Notes under the pieces: model-generated
What the model was told of the DNA's origin: nothing
What the model saw: only the letters and a program-made list of their open reading frames with translations
Database searches by the model: none
Translations under genes and position numbers: made by a program
From: a virus
Length of the DNA stretch: 64,000 bases
Virus record (IMG/VR): IMGVR_UViG_3300021091_000012
Strand: one strand, 5' to 3'
Part shown: one piece after another, positions 1 through 8,755 of the stretch
Position numbering within the stretch: position 1 is the first letter of the stretch
How the letters are laid out: every line of letters begins with the position of its first letter

Positions 1-975
1 AGACGTTTCACCTGGTATTTGTGATAATGATGCGTTGAGTTTGGCTGCCTCTTCTCCTGAGATTCCAAAAGAAGTTGCCATCTTTCCTAGCTGACTGACA
101 GTATCTTTACTTAGTGCATTTACATTACCGTACTCGTCAACTATTCCCTTCACAACACCTTTGGTGTCAGAAAGTCCTAACAAATAATCCAAACTCGTAA
201 GATCCATTGCCTTGAATGTACCTTCCATTGCCTGCCCTGCAGATAATCCCATTTCATGCATTTCATGGAAGGTGTGATGCATCTTTTCAAGACCTTTCAC
301 TCCTTCATTGAAAGCAAAGAATGCTAATGTTTTAGGGTCGTTTGCGATTGCTCGAGCTGTGGCGTTTAATTTTTCAAAACTCTTTTTATAGGACTCAGTC
401 TCTTCTCGTATTTCAACTATCTGCGCTGCTATTTCTTCGTTTAGTGCTAAATTCTCCTCAAGATGCTTTTGCATCTGTGCTTGAGTTTTTAGATCCTTAA
501 TATGGTTTTGATATTGCTCATTAGTAAGAAGACCCTTATCTACCATTAACTTGTATTCAGCAGCCTGAGATGCGTAAATTCCTGTAAGACCTGTGGCTCG
601 AGCTACTTCAAATTTATACAGACTACTAACCGCTTGCTCCATGTCACCTGCAATGTCGAGTGCGTTTTGGTTAATGTTTTTTATTCGCTCTGCCGCAGCT
701 GCAGCTTCCGCTTGAGTTGCGTTTGTTTCTTTCAACTTTGTTTGGATAGACGCTACTAGTGTATTAGAGTTTTTGTAAGTTCTCTCCATCTCCTTAGCTA
801 GATTTCCAGAGAGTTGCATCTCCTTGGACATCTTATTAAACCCTGCAGTCATAGAGCTTATATCTATGACCATAGCATTAAGAGTAGGTTTATTTTTGGT
901 TATCTCCGCAAATAACTCCTTTATCGCATCCCTTGCTTCTTGAGAACCTTGCCCTATATTGTCGTTTGCCGCCAT
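1..975 (-). CDS. Tape measure-like protein, N-terminal 325 codons (runs off the window)
   Basis: Not in the ORF track. ATG at 973-975 overlaps the upstream TAA (TAATG). The frame is open to position 1: MAANDNIGQGSQEARDAIKELFAE...LGKMATSFGISGEEAAKL, Ala/Gln/Glu-rich and helical. It lies downstream of the tube and chaperone genes. Confidence 0.7.
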   Translation of the reverse strand, partial: MAANDNIGQGSQEARDAIKELFAEITKNKPTLNAMVIDISSMTAGFNKMSKEMQLSGNLAKEMERTYKNSNTLVASIQTKLKETNATQAEAAAAAERIKNINQNALDIAGDMEQAVSSLYKFEVARATGLTGIYASQAAEYKLMVDKGLLTNEQYQNHIKDLKTQAQMQKHLEENLALNEEIAAQIVEIREETESYKKSFEKLNATARAIANDPKTLAFFAFNEGVKGLEKMHHTFHEMHEMGLSAGQAMEGTFKAMDLTSLDYLLGLSDTKGVVKGIVDEYGNVNALSKDTVSQLGKMATSFGISGEEAAKLNASLSQIPGETS

Positions 976-1469
976 TAAAATCTACCAGCACCTCGTGCTC
1001 TAAGTTGTCCTGATGCTAATGCTTTGAGAAAGCCAGTGTCTTTCTGCATCAACGAGTAAATTCTGTTTTCAAAATCCTTTCCGCTCAATCCTGCATCCTT
1101 AGCCATACGCTGAAGTTTAGCATCGTTTTTCATTGCGCTTTGTAAGTATCCAGCTCTTTTATCTAGTATTCCGTGCACATAGTTTCTAGCTCCACTTGCT
1201 AACCAGTCAAAGAAGGTTTCTTTCAACACCTCATCTTGCTTGTCAGAGTCGCTATCCATTCTGGATTTGAGATCTTTTGCTAAATCTTTAAATGCGTCGC
1301 TTTGAGTTGCTGCTGCAACTTGATAATCTTTTTTGTCATTTGTGGCTGCGTCAAGAGCTGCTGCGATCTTATCTACGATCCAGTTAGCGTCCGCTTGCTT
1401 GTTTTCTTTTTGAAGTTTTCGAGCATAGTTGCGGATTGCTTCACGAAGTCTTTGGCTGTCAGATTTCAT
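975..1469 (-). CDS. Hypothetical helical protein upstream of the tape measure-like gene
   Basis: 164-aa ORF with its own TATTTATA motif 13 nt upstream; stop/start coupled to the next gene. Confidence 0.7.
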   Translation of the reverse strand: MKSDSQRLREAIRNYARKLQKENKQADANWIVDKIAAALDAATNDKKDYQVAAATQSDAFKDLAKDLKSRMDSDSDKQDEVLKETFFDWLASGARNYVHGILDKRAGYLQSAMKNDAKLQRMAKDAGLSGKDFENRIYSLMQKDTGFLKALASGQLRARGAGRF

Positions 1470-1482
1470 GTGTTTAGTTTAA

Positions 1483-1490
1483 TATAAATA
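1483..1490 (-). promoter_or_regulatory. Putative late promoter TATTTATA
   Basis: Recurrent intergenic motif, 13 nt before the ATG at 1469 and just downstream of a terminator. Confidence 0.65.
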
Positions 1491-1497
1491 TCAATGT

Positions 1498-1525
1498 AAA
1501 GGAAAAGCCAACGCTTAGTTGGCTT
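1498..1525 (-). terminator. Intrinsic terminator
   Basis: Minus strand AAGCCAAC-TAAGC-GTTGGCTT followed by TTCCTTT, directly after the stop at 1524. Confidence 0.7.
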
Positions 1526-1740
1526 ATCTTCTTGATTGTGATTTTATCTTATTTACTTGAGCTTGTTCTGCTTCGTTTTCTTTTTTACGAATATTTACTA
1601 ACTTTAGATAATAGTATCTTCGTAGGTGTACGGGTAAGTTGTACAACTCAGTGTAAGTCCATCCCATTTTTCCGTAATACATCAGATCAAAGATCTGATC
1701 CTGCATCATGGGCCTGTAATCAGACCCCAGGCCAAAAAAA
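1524..1740 (-). CDS. gp51-like / gpGT-like small tail-hub assembly module, probably a +1 frameshift extension of the upstream ORF (alternative start ATG 1709)
   Basis: QIFDLMYYGKMGWTYTELYNLPVHLRRYY resembles the short helical module that follows gp26-like genes. It overlaps the upstream ORF at a T7 run. Confidence 0.6.
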
Positions 1741-2601
1741 GTTAACATTGATGGGCATAGCCATCTTTTCTTGCTCAAATTGACAGTGTGGACACTCAAA
1801 GCTGAATGTTGTATCGATGTCCGGTGTCACTTCCTTTAGGTAAGCTCTGAGAGCTAAACTATCACGAGATAGCATATTGTCTACATACTTGTTGATAAAC
1901 GCTCGGTCTTCATTATCATCAACTGCAACAATTAGATGCTTTAATCGTGTACTTAATTCTGGATCAACTCCAGAAACTTTACTTAGTTTTTTATATCCTT
2001 TAATAGCTTCTTCAATTTTCTTTTCATCACCATGAGTTAAAAATTTAAGAGAAAGTTTGTTTTTTGCAATTGGAAGATCAAAAGTATGTGTTGTTTGCCC
2101 TGGAGTGAATCGATCCCAGTTGACTTCTTTTGATTCAAACTCACCCAAGTCAATAACATGCTTAGACTTCTCACCACAGTTAGGACAAGTAATTTCAACT
2201 TCGTAATCTTTTCCATAAGCTAAAATACGTGATGCAATAAAGATTGCATTTTTATCTACTGTAAGCAAATCATTATAATTGATCTTAGTTACGATTAAGG
2301 ATTGTAATAGTTTATCAATTACTACACCTTGCTTAATTAAATTCTGAGATGCTAAGATGTCTTCTTCCTTAGCTGTCATATACTTCATCTCAATCTTTCC
2401 ATTAGCCAATGGATGTCCTTCTGGATAAAAGAATCCCTTGGATGGTAGGTCAATTACTTCGGTAGGTACAATAGATGGAGTTGCAGAAACAGTTTCAACT
2501 GTTCCGGTGTTGAATGCTCCCTCTAAAAATTTGGCTTTGATTTCTTCGTCAGTTAGTACCTGCTTTCCTTTTGGGTACTCATCGTTCACAACTTTGCTCA
2601 T
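1720..2601 (-). CDS. Baseplate hub / tail assembly chaperone (T4 gp26-like)
   Basis: IDLPSKG, MTAKEEDIL, RILAYG, two CxxC pairs (CPNC, CPHC) and a C-terminal NFFW; located next to the tail tube. Confidence 0.75.
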   Translation of the reverse strand: MSKVVNDEYPKGKQVLTDEEIKAKFLEGAFNTGTVETVSATPSIVPTEVIDLPSKGFFYPEGHPLANGKIEMKYMTAKEEDILASQNLIKQGVVIDKLLQSLIVTKINYNDLLTVDKNAIFIASRILAYGKDYEVEITCPNCGEKSKHVIDLGEFESKEVNWDRFTPGQTTHTFDLPIAKNKLSLKFLTHGDEKKIEEAIKGYKKLSKVSGVDPELSTRLKHLIVAVDDNEDRAFINKYVDNMLSRDSLALRAYLKEVTPDIDTTFSFECPHCQFEQEKMAMPINVNFFWPGV

Positions 2602-2626
2602 AGATAAAATTAATTAGTAACTTTCT

Positions 2627-2634
2627 TATAAATA
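2627..2634 (-). promoter_or_regulatory. Putative late promoter TATTTATA
   Basis: Motif 25 nt upstream of ATG 2601, just after a terminator. Confidence 0.6.
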
Positions 2635-2646
2635 TGTCGCTAAAAT

Positions 2647-2678
2647 AAAAAAGTCCCACTTTGTTAGTGAGACTCTTT
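2647..2678 (-). terminator. Intrinsic terminator after the tail tube gene
   Basis: Minus strand AGTCTCACT-AACAA-AGTGGGACT followed by TTTTT. Confidence 0.7.
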
Positions 2679-2697
2679 ATTGTTATTATTTTTGATC

Positions 2698-3186
2698 TTA
2701 GTATTCTAATACACAGTAATCAACTCCTAGTGTTAAAGATACTTCAACTGGGGTTTCAGTTGACCAGTCCATGTCACCGAATGTTGCTGTTTTGATGTAA
2801 GATCCTTTAACTTTCCAGTTCTCGATTTTATCACCAACCGGTCCTAGTACAAATATATCAAAATCTCTTTTGTAGAAATCTGCATATCCATCACGGCCTG
2901 TTACTGATTCGTGAGATACACGTACCCATTCCATTACTGCTTGAGCTCCAGAAGGAACAATCGCATCGTACATTGTGATGGTAATATCATTCCACTTACA
3001 TTTTCCTTTCATCTTACGGATAATGTTAATGTGATCTAATACCACCTCACCACACTCAATACCTGGGCGAGACACTTTCTTACACAAGAAAGCTGGGATG
3101 CCTTCTATCGATAGGATGAATCTATTCTGTACCTTGGGTTCGTAGGGTGTGTAGAATATTTCGTTGTTTTCAATTAAATTTGCCAT
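2698..3186 (-). CDS. gp19: Tail tube protein (T4 gp19-like)
   Basis: EPKVQNRF, KGKCKWNDITITMYD, VMEWVR, GPVGD, DMDWS; 162 aa, directly downstream of the sheath. Confidence 0.9.
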   Translation of the reverse strand: MANLIENNEIFYTPYEPKVQNRFILSIEGIPAFLCKKVSRPGIECGEVVLDHINIIRKMKGKCKWNDITITMYDAIVPSGAQAVMEWVRVSHESVTGRDGYADFYKRDFDIFVLGPVGDKIENWKVKGSYIKTATFGDMDWSTETPVEVSLTLGVDYCVLEY

Positions 3187-3205
3187 GCGTCTTTATTAAT
3201 AAGTA

Positions 3206-5593
3206 TTAAGCGTTTTCAAAACTTGCTCCAGTAGGAAGTATGTTAAAGTCGAGTATAATAAATTCTGCTGCTTTTGCTGGTTGAATAAATATCTGTCCAT
3301 ACATGATGTTTCTATCGATAATGTCTGGAGTGTTATTTGTTTCGTCCATAACAACTCGGAAAGCAAACAATCCTTGACGAGCTTTTACTGTTTCTAAGTA
3401 AGGAGTTACAATGTTTAAGAATCGCTGACGTGTTGTAGTTGTGTTGTTCTCAAACACTAAGTAACGGCTTGAAGAGGCAATAAATTTCTTCAATGTAATT
3501 AACAATCGACGAACATTAATTCTATCTAATGCAGAAGGCTTAGCTTGAAGTGTCTTCTGACCCCAGATACAAATTCCTTGTCCAGGGAAGGTTGCAATTG
3601 CATTAATTTTATTTTCGTAAAGGTCGTTTCTTTGCGCCTGGTTTAATCTTAATTCTACATCAACCGCTTCTGAGATGCCTCCACGATTAAGACCTGCTGG
3701 TGCAAACCATTCATATGCTACTGAATCATTAAATGCTATTACACGTGGTACTACCACTGAAGGTGGAACCCATACTGGTTTGTTTTTGTCTGTATCAATA
3801 ATTTTAACCCAAGGCCAGTAAGTTCCTGCGTAGTTAGTATCAATTCCACTATCAGTTACTGCTGCAACAGCGGCTGCTACTGTACTGCCTTGAGTTACCG
3901 GATCAGCTAGCACAAAACAATCTCCTCTATCCTCAGCAACTTCAATTGCCTTGTTAATGATAGCTGAGTGATCTGCTATTGTTGCTCCTGGTGTTACAAT
4001 TAAGTTGATATCAAACTCATCAGCGTTACTGATTACACTAAGTCCTTTAATATATGCCTGACCTCCTGCTGCTGTTGCAGTGCTACAGTTCATACCGAAC
4101 AAATTAGTTGCTGTAGCAGCTGAACCTACTTTTTTAATAACTGCTGGATCTGTTCCATCGAATCCACCTTGAAGTGGAATGGTAAATTTAAGAACACCAG
4201 CTACATCTAGTCCAACAAATGTTGAACCTGAGATGCTTGAACCTCCTACAAACGTTGAGTTGTCGTTTACTTTAGAAGCATTAGGGTGTATAAAACACTC
4301 ATCAAGGTTAAATCCTGTTCCTTTTTGTGCTGTTCCTTTAGCTAAAGGTCTTAACCAGTTATCATTGTCTAAAGATGTAAAATCCCATCCATAGTATGCT
4401 TTTTTGCTGAAAGCTGAGTTGATTTCTGGAGTTGATGTTTCGAGGACGTAAGATGGGAATTCGTAGCTAGATGATATTGGTTGAACCAGTGGTTCGAATC
4501 CAAACGGTTTTACGTTTGCGCTAATTGCTTTGTTTTTTACATCATCAACACACTCTACTCGGATATATTTAGATACGTTATTGTAATCACCTAAACGATT
4601 CACAACGCCTTCGTCGCTTACAGTGTAGTTGCGATCTCCAATTCTTCTAGCGATGTAGTTAGGTGAATCTGGATCTAGATTAAGGTTTGAATAAGACTCA
4701 AGAACTATTGGTCGCTGGTCTGTATCATCATATTCGCGAACTAGCAAAGTAAACGAACCATAATCTGAACCTGGATCTGCTCCTGGTAAGATGCTATTAA
4801 TAATGCTTATCTTGAAAGTTGTATTTGTATTAGAACCATCAGCCAAAGAATACACTTGGAACAATTGAAGTTTTGAACCTCCAATAATTTGAGAAGTAAT
4901 ATATGGTGTTTGTGCTGGTGCATACTCACCGTAGACTGAACTTGAGTAATCTACTAAAGCAGTTGATGATGAATTGAAAGTTATAGAACCTGACTTACCT
5001 GGATTAGTAGCTAAAAAATCACCAAACCAGCTGTGAAGATATCCTTTTTTAGCACCTTTTACTGATTGGCCAAGCACGTTAGCTAGTGAGTTTGGACTAG
5101 ACGGTAAAAGGGATCCAGTTAGGTTCTGTGCAGTAACTCCTGATCCAGATAATGTAAATCCAAATGAACCAGTTGCACTACCTCCATGGAAACCTGAAGT
5201 GTGGAAGTTTGAATTGTCATAGGTATTACCGGTTGAAAAACCAAGAGCGGTAGTTGGCATGATAACACCAACCAATCTAGTGTCAGATCCAGTAGTGTGC
5301 AAGATGTGTACTGCTGTTGCACTATATCCTCCTGCTTGAAGAACACGCACAACTGTTACTGTTGCTGCGCTGTTTAAATAACTCTTAACCGCATACGGTA
5401 CATAAGTCTCTTCACTCAAGCCACCAAACTTTGCAATAAAATCGTCAAAGTTTTCTACTTGAGTAGGTACAAATGCAGGTCCTTTAAGGGTGGGTCCTAT
5501 AATTGCTGCTCCAATTGCTGCAATTCCTGCAGGTAAGAAAGATAGGTCTTTTTCGTTTGTAAAAACACCTGGTGATACTATTCTTTCGGCCAT
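3206..5593 (-). CDS. gp18: Tail sheath protein (T4 gp18-like)
   Basis: N-terminal SPGVFTNEKD; YWPWVK, WFAPAGLNRG, WGQKTLQ, LDRINVRRL, PAKAAEFI. Confidence 0.95.
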   Translation of the reverse strand: MAERIVSPGVFTNEKDLSFLPAGIAAIGAAIIGPTLKGPAFVPTQVENFDDFIAKFGGLSEETYVPYAVKSYLNSAATVTVVRVLQAGGYSATAVHILHTTGSDTRLVGVIMPTTALGFSTGNTYDNSNFHTSGFHGGSATGSFGFTLSGSGVTAQNLTGSLLPSSPNSLANVLGQSVKGAKKGYLHSWFGDFLATNPGKSGSITFNSSSTALVDYSSSVYGEYAPAQTPYITSQIIGGSKLQLFQVYSLADGSNTNTTFKISIINSILPGADPGSDYGSFTLLVREYDDTDQRPIVLESYSNLNLDPDSPNYIARRIGDRNYTVSDEGVVNRLGDYNNVSKYIRVECVDDVKNKAISANVKPFGFEPLVQPISSSYEFPSYVLETSTPEINSAFSKKAYYGWDFTSLDNDNWLRPLAKGTAQKGTGFNLDECFIHPNASKVNDNSTFVGGSSISGSTFVGLDVAGVLKFTIPLQGGFDGTDPAVIKKVGSAATATNLFGMNCSTATAAGGQAYIKGLSVISNADEFDINLIVTPGATIADHSAIINKAIEVAEDRGDCFVLADPVTQGSTVAAAVAAVTDSGIDTNYAGTYWPWVKIIDTDKNKPVWVPPSVVVPRVIAFNDSVAYEWFAPAGLNRGGISEAVDVELRLNQAQRNDLYENKINAIATFPGQGICIWGQKTLQAKPSALDRINVRRLLITLKKFIASSSRYLVFENNTTTTRQRFLNIVTPYLETVKARQGLFAFRVVMDETNNTPDIIDRNIMYGQIFIQPAKAAEFIILDFNILPTGASFENA

Positions 5594-5619
5594 TGTTATG
5601 TTTTGTTGTTAATTTTTAA

Positions 5620-5627
5620 TATAAATA
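5620..5627 (-). promoter_or_regulatory. Putative late promoter TATTTATA
   Basis: Motif 26 nt upstream of the sheath ATG. Confidence 0.6.
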
Positions 5628-5656
5628 TCACAACGTAACTCGAAACCTTACTTTTG

Positions 5657-5929
5657 TTATGAATTTGGTGTAAATTCACCAGATTCTAGGTCTAAAGACC
5701 CTTCACCATACTTTACATCTAACTCTGCTGCTAGTGCTTTTTCTGCTTTGTTAGCTTCAAAAATTTCTTCTTCTATTAGCGCTTCTTGTGCATCTAATGT
5801 TTCTAAATACTCTCTAGTGTTTTTTTGTGCAAGCTTTAGTTGCACCAATTGAGCACCTAAAGTGTTGTACTTATCTTGTAACTCTTTGATTTGAGTTATT
5901 TCTTCTGTTGAGAAAACTTTTTTTTCCAT
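5657..5929 (-). CDS. Small acidic coiled-coil protein (possible fibre/tail chaperone)
   Basis: 90 aa, heptad pattern, C-terminal KYGEGSLDLESGEF; own TATTTATA at 5943-5950. Confidence 0.6.
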   Translation of the reverse strand: MEKKVFSTEEITQIKELQDKYNTLGAQLVQLKLAQKNTREYLETLDAQEALIEEEIFEANKAEKALAAELDVKYGEGSLDLESGEFTPNS

Positions 5930-6026
5930 ATAACTTCTTTTATATAAATATGGTGGTAATTTTCTAAATTAATAAAAAGCATTCCAAGATACTCCATTCA
6001 AAACTATGTTACAAATAAATTAATAT

Positions 6027-6128
6027 TTATTGATTTTCTTTTAGTTTTTGTAATTCTTCATACATTGCTAAAAGTTCTGCTTCTTTTTGAGCAATTAATT
6101 CTTCTTGCGTAAACTTCATTGTACTCAT
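6027..6128 (-). CDS. 33-aa helical peptide, possibly a truncated remnant
   Basis: Below the ORF-track cutoff: MSTMKFTQEELIAQKEAELLAMYEELQKLKENQ*. A-rich leader and a degenerate TATTCATT upstream. Confidence 0.45.
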   Translation of the reverse strand: MSTMKFTQEELIAQKEAELLAMYEELQKLKENQ

Positions 6129-6177
6129 AACGTGTGTTTTTGTATTAATGAATATGCTTGATTTTTTGTAAAGTTGT

Positions 6178-6423
6178 TTATGACATGCCTAGCATGTTAA
6201 CATCATTTGTATTGATAGAGAAGTCACTTACAGAAAGGACATCTCCATCTAAGGTAAAATCTGTTGTGTATGTTAATGGGGTTCCACATGGAACATTTGA
6301 AGTATCTATGGCTAAACCATAGCCGGCTCCATCAACATAAACGTTAATAATTTGGTTGTAATCAAAGTCGATTAATTCAACTGCTTCTAAAGTTTTGTCT
6401 TGTAAGAATTCTTTAAGTGTCAT
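6178..6423 (-). CDS. Hypothetical acidic protein
   Basis: 81-aa ORF that fills the gap and has an A-rich leader. Confidence 0.6.
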   Translation of the reverse strand: MTLKEFLQDKTLEAVELIDFDYNQIINVYVDGAGYGLAIDTSNVPCGTPLTYTTDFTLDGDVLSVSDFSINTNDVNMLGMS

Positions 6424-6443
6424 AATTTTTCCTTTATTAAAGT

Positions 6444-7177
6444 TTATATTAGTAATAATGCGTTTACTGTATTATTTGCTCCTTTTCCTGTATTATTTAT
6501 ATAATTTGGAAAAGCTTGATTAAACGTTTCATCTACTGATCCATTAGTGTTTAATCTTACTATACGGTTTGGTATAAATGATCCACTATATGTTGTAAAT
6601 GCATTTCCCCAATATATTGAACCATTACTATCAATTGCTAAACCGTTTGGAGTAGATGAAGCCAAAGATAAGTCGGTAGGAATTACATTAGCATTGAAAG
6701 TATCATCTAAAGTACCACTAGGGTTAATTCTAATTAGATATCTAGCAGTAGATCCACTATATGTTTGACTTGCATTAGCACATATTATTTTTCCATCGGA
6801 TTGAAGGGCTAGTGAAAGTCCTGAGCCGGCTAGTCCAGTGCCTACATTAAACGTAGTATCACGAGTACCATTTTGGTTCATTCGAACTATTCGGTTAACA
6901 GTAGAACCACTATAGTTAGTAAATACACCTACTGTAACATATTTGCCATCGGGTTGTTGTTGTATATCATGTACCGTATTATTAAATCCTGCTCCGGGAT
7001 TAAAAGTTGAGTCTAGAACTAGATTACCATTTCCATCTATTTTAGCAATTCGGTTAAGGGTAGGGGCATTATATTGAGTAAATCCTCCTCCAAGTAGTAT
7101 ATATTGTATCGATGCTGGTATTGGTGTTGGAATAAACACAGGTTGGGTATCAGTTAAAATGCAAAAGGTGTAAACAT
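6444..7177 (-). pseudogene. Delta-60 (DUF5122-type) beta-propeller repeat protein with an apparent 1-nt frameshift near the start (or intact from GTG 7139)
   Basis: Repeats QPDGKYVTVGVFTNYSGSTVNRIVRMNQNGTRDTTFN. ATG 7177 gives MFTPFAF then TAA; one extra T in the T4 run at 7156-7159 would join it to the main frame. Confidence 0.55.
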
Positions 7178-7180
7178 AGC

Positions 7181-8413
7181 TTATATTAATCTCCTTACAG
7201 AATTTACATAAACATCGGTAGAATCAAAAGTAACTAAAGATATAATATCTATAGCGTTAGCAACTTGCGAACCTGTGTATGCTGATCCTGATGGTTGTTT
7301 TACTACAGACGGAAAGGATACAACACCGTTTCCACCCGAACCTTGAGTTACTCTAATGTTTGCAGTTTTTCCAGGACGGATGTTTGTAAATGCAATATGT
7401 GTAGTTGTAGCATTTGCTAATGTTAATGTAAAAAAATTGCCAGTGCCTAAGTTAATGGATGCTGTTTGTGATGCTATTGATACTGATGATACATTGCCTC
7501 GCAATGACCCTGATAATACTGTTGATCCGGTAACAATAAATGAGCCTGTGATTATTACATCTTGTATAAGTGGATTAACATATGAGGCTGTTGAAGCAAG
7601 TGAAGCGGTACCATAAAATTGTGCATTTTCCCAATCTAGTGATGTGTTTCCAGCGCTATCAAAAGCTCTTCTGCCTTCCCAATCTATTGATCCATTTCCA
7701 GCACTATCAAGAGCTGCTCTGTTTTCCCAACTTATTGATGTGTTTCCAGCGCTATCAAAAGCTCTTCTGCCTTCCCAATCTATTGATCCATTTCCAGCGC
7801 TATCGAGAGCTGCTCTAGCGTCCCAATTTATTGATGTGTTTCCAGCAGTATCGTAAGCTTCTCTAGCGTCCCAATATATTGCTGTAACTCCACTAATATC
7901 GCCCAATACACCATTTACCCATTGAACTCGAACCGTACCATTTTGATCAAATAAAACTGGTTTACCACCACCAATTGTACCTAATGTGTCGATACCACCT
8001 ATAGACCCAGATGCGAATATGCTTGCTGCAATAGAGACAGTTGAACCATCAAATGTGAATCTAGAACTACCACCTAAAACTCCACTGCTATTATATTGTA
8101 CATTATTGGTTGATCCAGCAGCTCTTAAAGTTGTTACATAAGAAGCTGATGTAGCAATTGAAGCAGTTGTTGCAAATGAAGCGGTACCTAAAAGTGAACC
8201 AGTTAATGAACCAGATGCTCTTAAAGCTAAACTTGAGGTTAAGGATGTAGTAGCAAATGATGCACTTACAGCTTGCAGCACATAAGATGCCGTTTGAGAT
8301 GTAGTAGCAAATGAAGCAGTTCCAAGTAATGAACCTGTAAAACCTGATGTAGCAGTTACAGATGTAAGGGCTGCACTAGAGCCAGATACTATGACTTTTT
8401 TCCAATTTGGCAT
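7181..8413 (-). CDS. Ser/Thr/Gly-rich virion fibre protein with 16-aa tandem repeats
   Basis: MPNWKKVIVSGS N-terminus, TAS/TGS-rich stalk, DSAGNxSIxW repeats, C-terminal beta domain (NFFTLTL...IDIISLV). Confidence 0.65.
   Translation of the reverse strand: MPNWKKVIVSGSSAALTSVTATSGFTGSLLGTASFATTSQTASYVLQAVSASFATTSLTSSLALRASGSLTGSLLGTASFATTASIATSASYVTTLRAAGSTNNVQYNSSGVLGGSSRFTFDGSTVSIAASIFASGSIGGIDTLGTIGGGKPVLFDQNGTVRVQWVNGVLGDISGVTAIYWDAREAYDTAGNTSINWDARAALDSAGNGSIDWEGRRAFDSAGNTSISWENRAALDSAGNGSIDWEGRRAFDSAGNTSLDWENAQFYGTASLASTASYVNPLIQDVIITGSFIVTGSTVLSGSLRGNVSSVSIASQTASINLGTGNFFTLTLANATTTHIAFTNIRPGKTANIRVTQGSGGNGVVSFPSVVKQPSGSAYTGSQVANAIDIISLVTFDSTDVYVNSVRRLI
7613..7948 (-). repeat. Seven 48-bp coding repeats with a higher-order 96-bp duplication
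   Basis: 7640-7702 is identical to 7736-7798. Units read D-[ST]-A-G-N-x-S-[IL]-x-W, degenerate in the first two. Confidence 0.9.
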
Positions 8414-8426
8414 ATCAATGTTTTTG

Positions 8427-8488
8427 TGTTGTGGTTAAATACATACACTTATGCCGTGTATATGCCTACTTCCTTTCGGCCAACAACA
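8427..8488 (-). promoter_or_regulatory. Candidate structured cis-regulatory RNA leader (three-way junction)
   Basis: P1 TGTTGT(T)GG/CCACAACA; CC-GAAA-GG hairpin; long stem ATATACAC/GTGTATGT. Lies between the promoter motif (8498-8505) and ATG 8413. Confidence 0.5.
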
Positions 8489-8513
8489 TTTATTTAGTAT
8501 AAATATGTCGTAA

Positions 8514-8753
8514 TTAGTCTTCCACGGCTTTAGCCGCTCTTCTTGCCTCAGCTTTTACAGCTCTTTCTAGTTCAGCTGCTTTTTGAACTTCTGCTTGTGC
8601 TTGCATTTGTTTAATGTGTGCAAGTTCGTGTTCAAGTTTATGTTGAAGGTTTGCTACTAACTTAGCGTCTTTACCACTTATCGTAATAGCGTCTAGCGAG
8701 TGTCTCAGTAGGGTAATATCACCTACTGTTAGATGAATTGAAAAAATATCCAT
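8514..8753 (-). CDS. Small helical protein, paralog of 8756-8953
   Basis: A 34-aa core aligns without gaps to the neighbouring ORF. Confidence 0.65.
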   Translation of the reverse strand: MDIFSIHLTVGDITLLRHSLDAITISGKDAKLVANLQHKLEHELAHIKQMQAQAEVQKAAELERAVKAEARRAAKAVED

Positions 8754-8755
8754 AA

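Noticed and set aside
7613-7948. CRISPR array or DGR template/variable repeat
   Set aside because: The repeats are contiguous in-frame 48-bp coding units without spacers, show no clear adenine-specific variation, and no reverse transcriptase is present in the window.
8427-8488. Known riboswitch or ribozyme (c-di-GMP-I, hammerhead)
   Set aside because: It has a GAAA loop but lacks the CUGAnGA core and the GCAAA/receptor elements, so it is kept only as an unknown structured leader.
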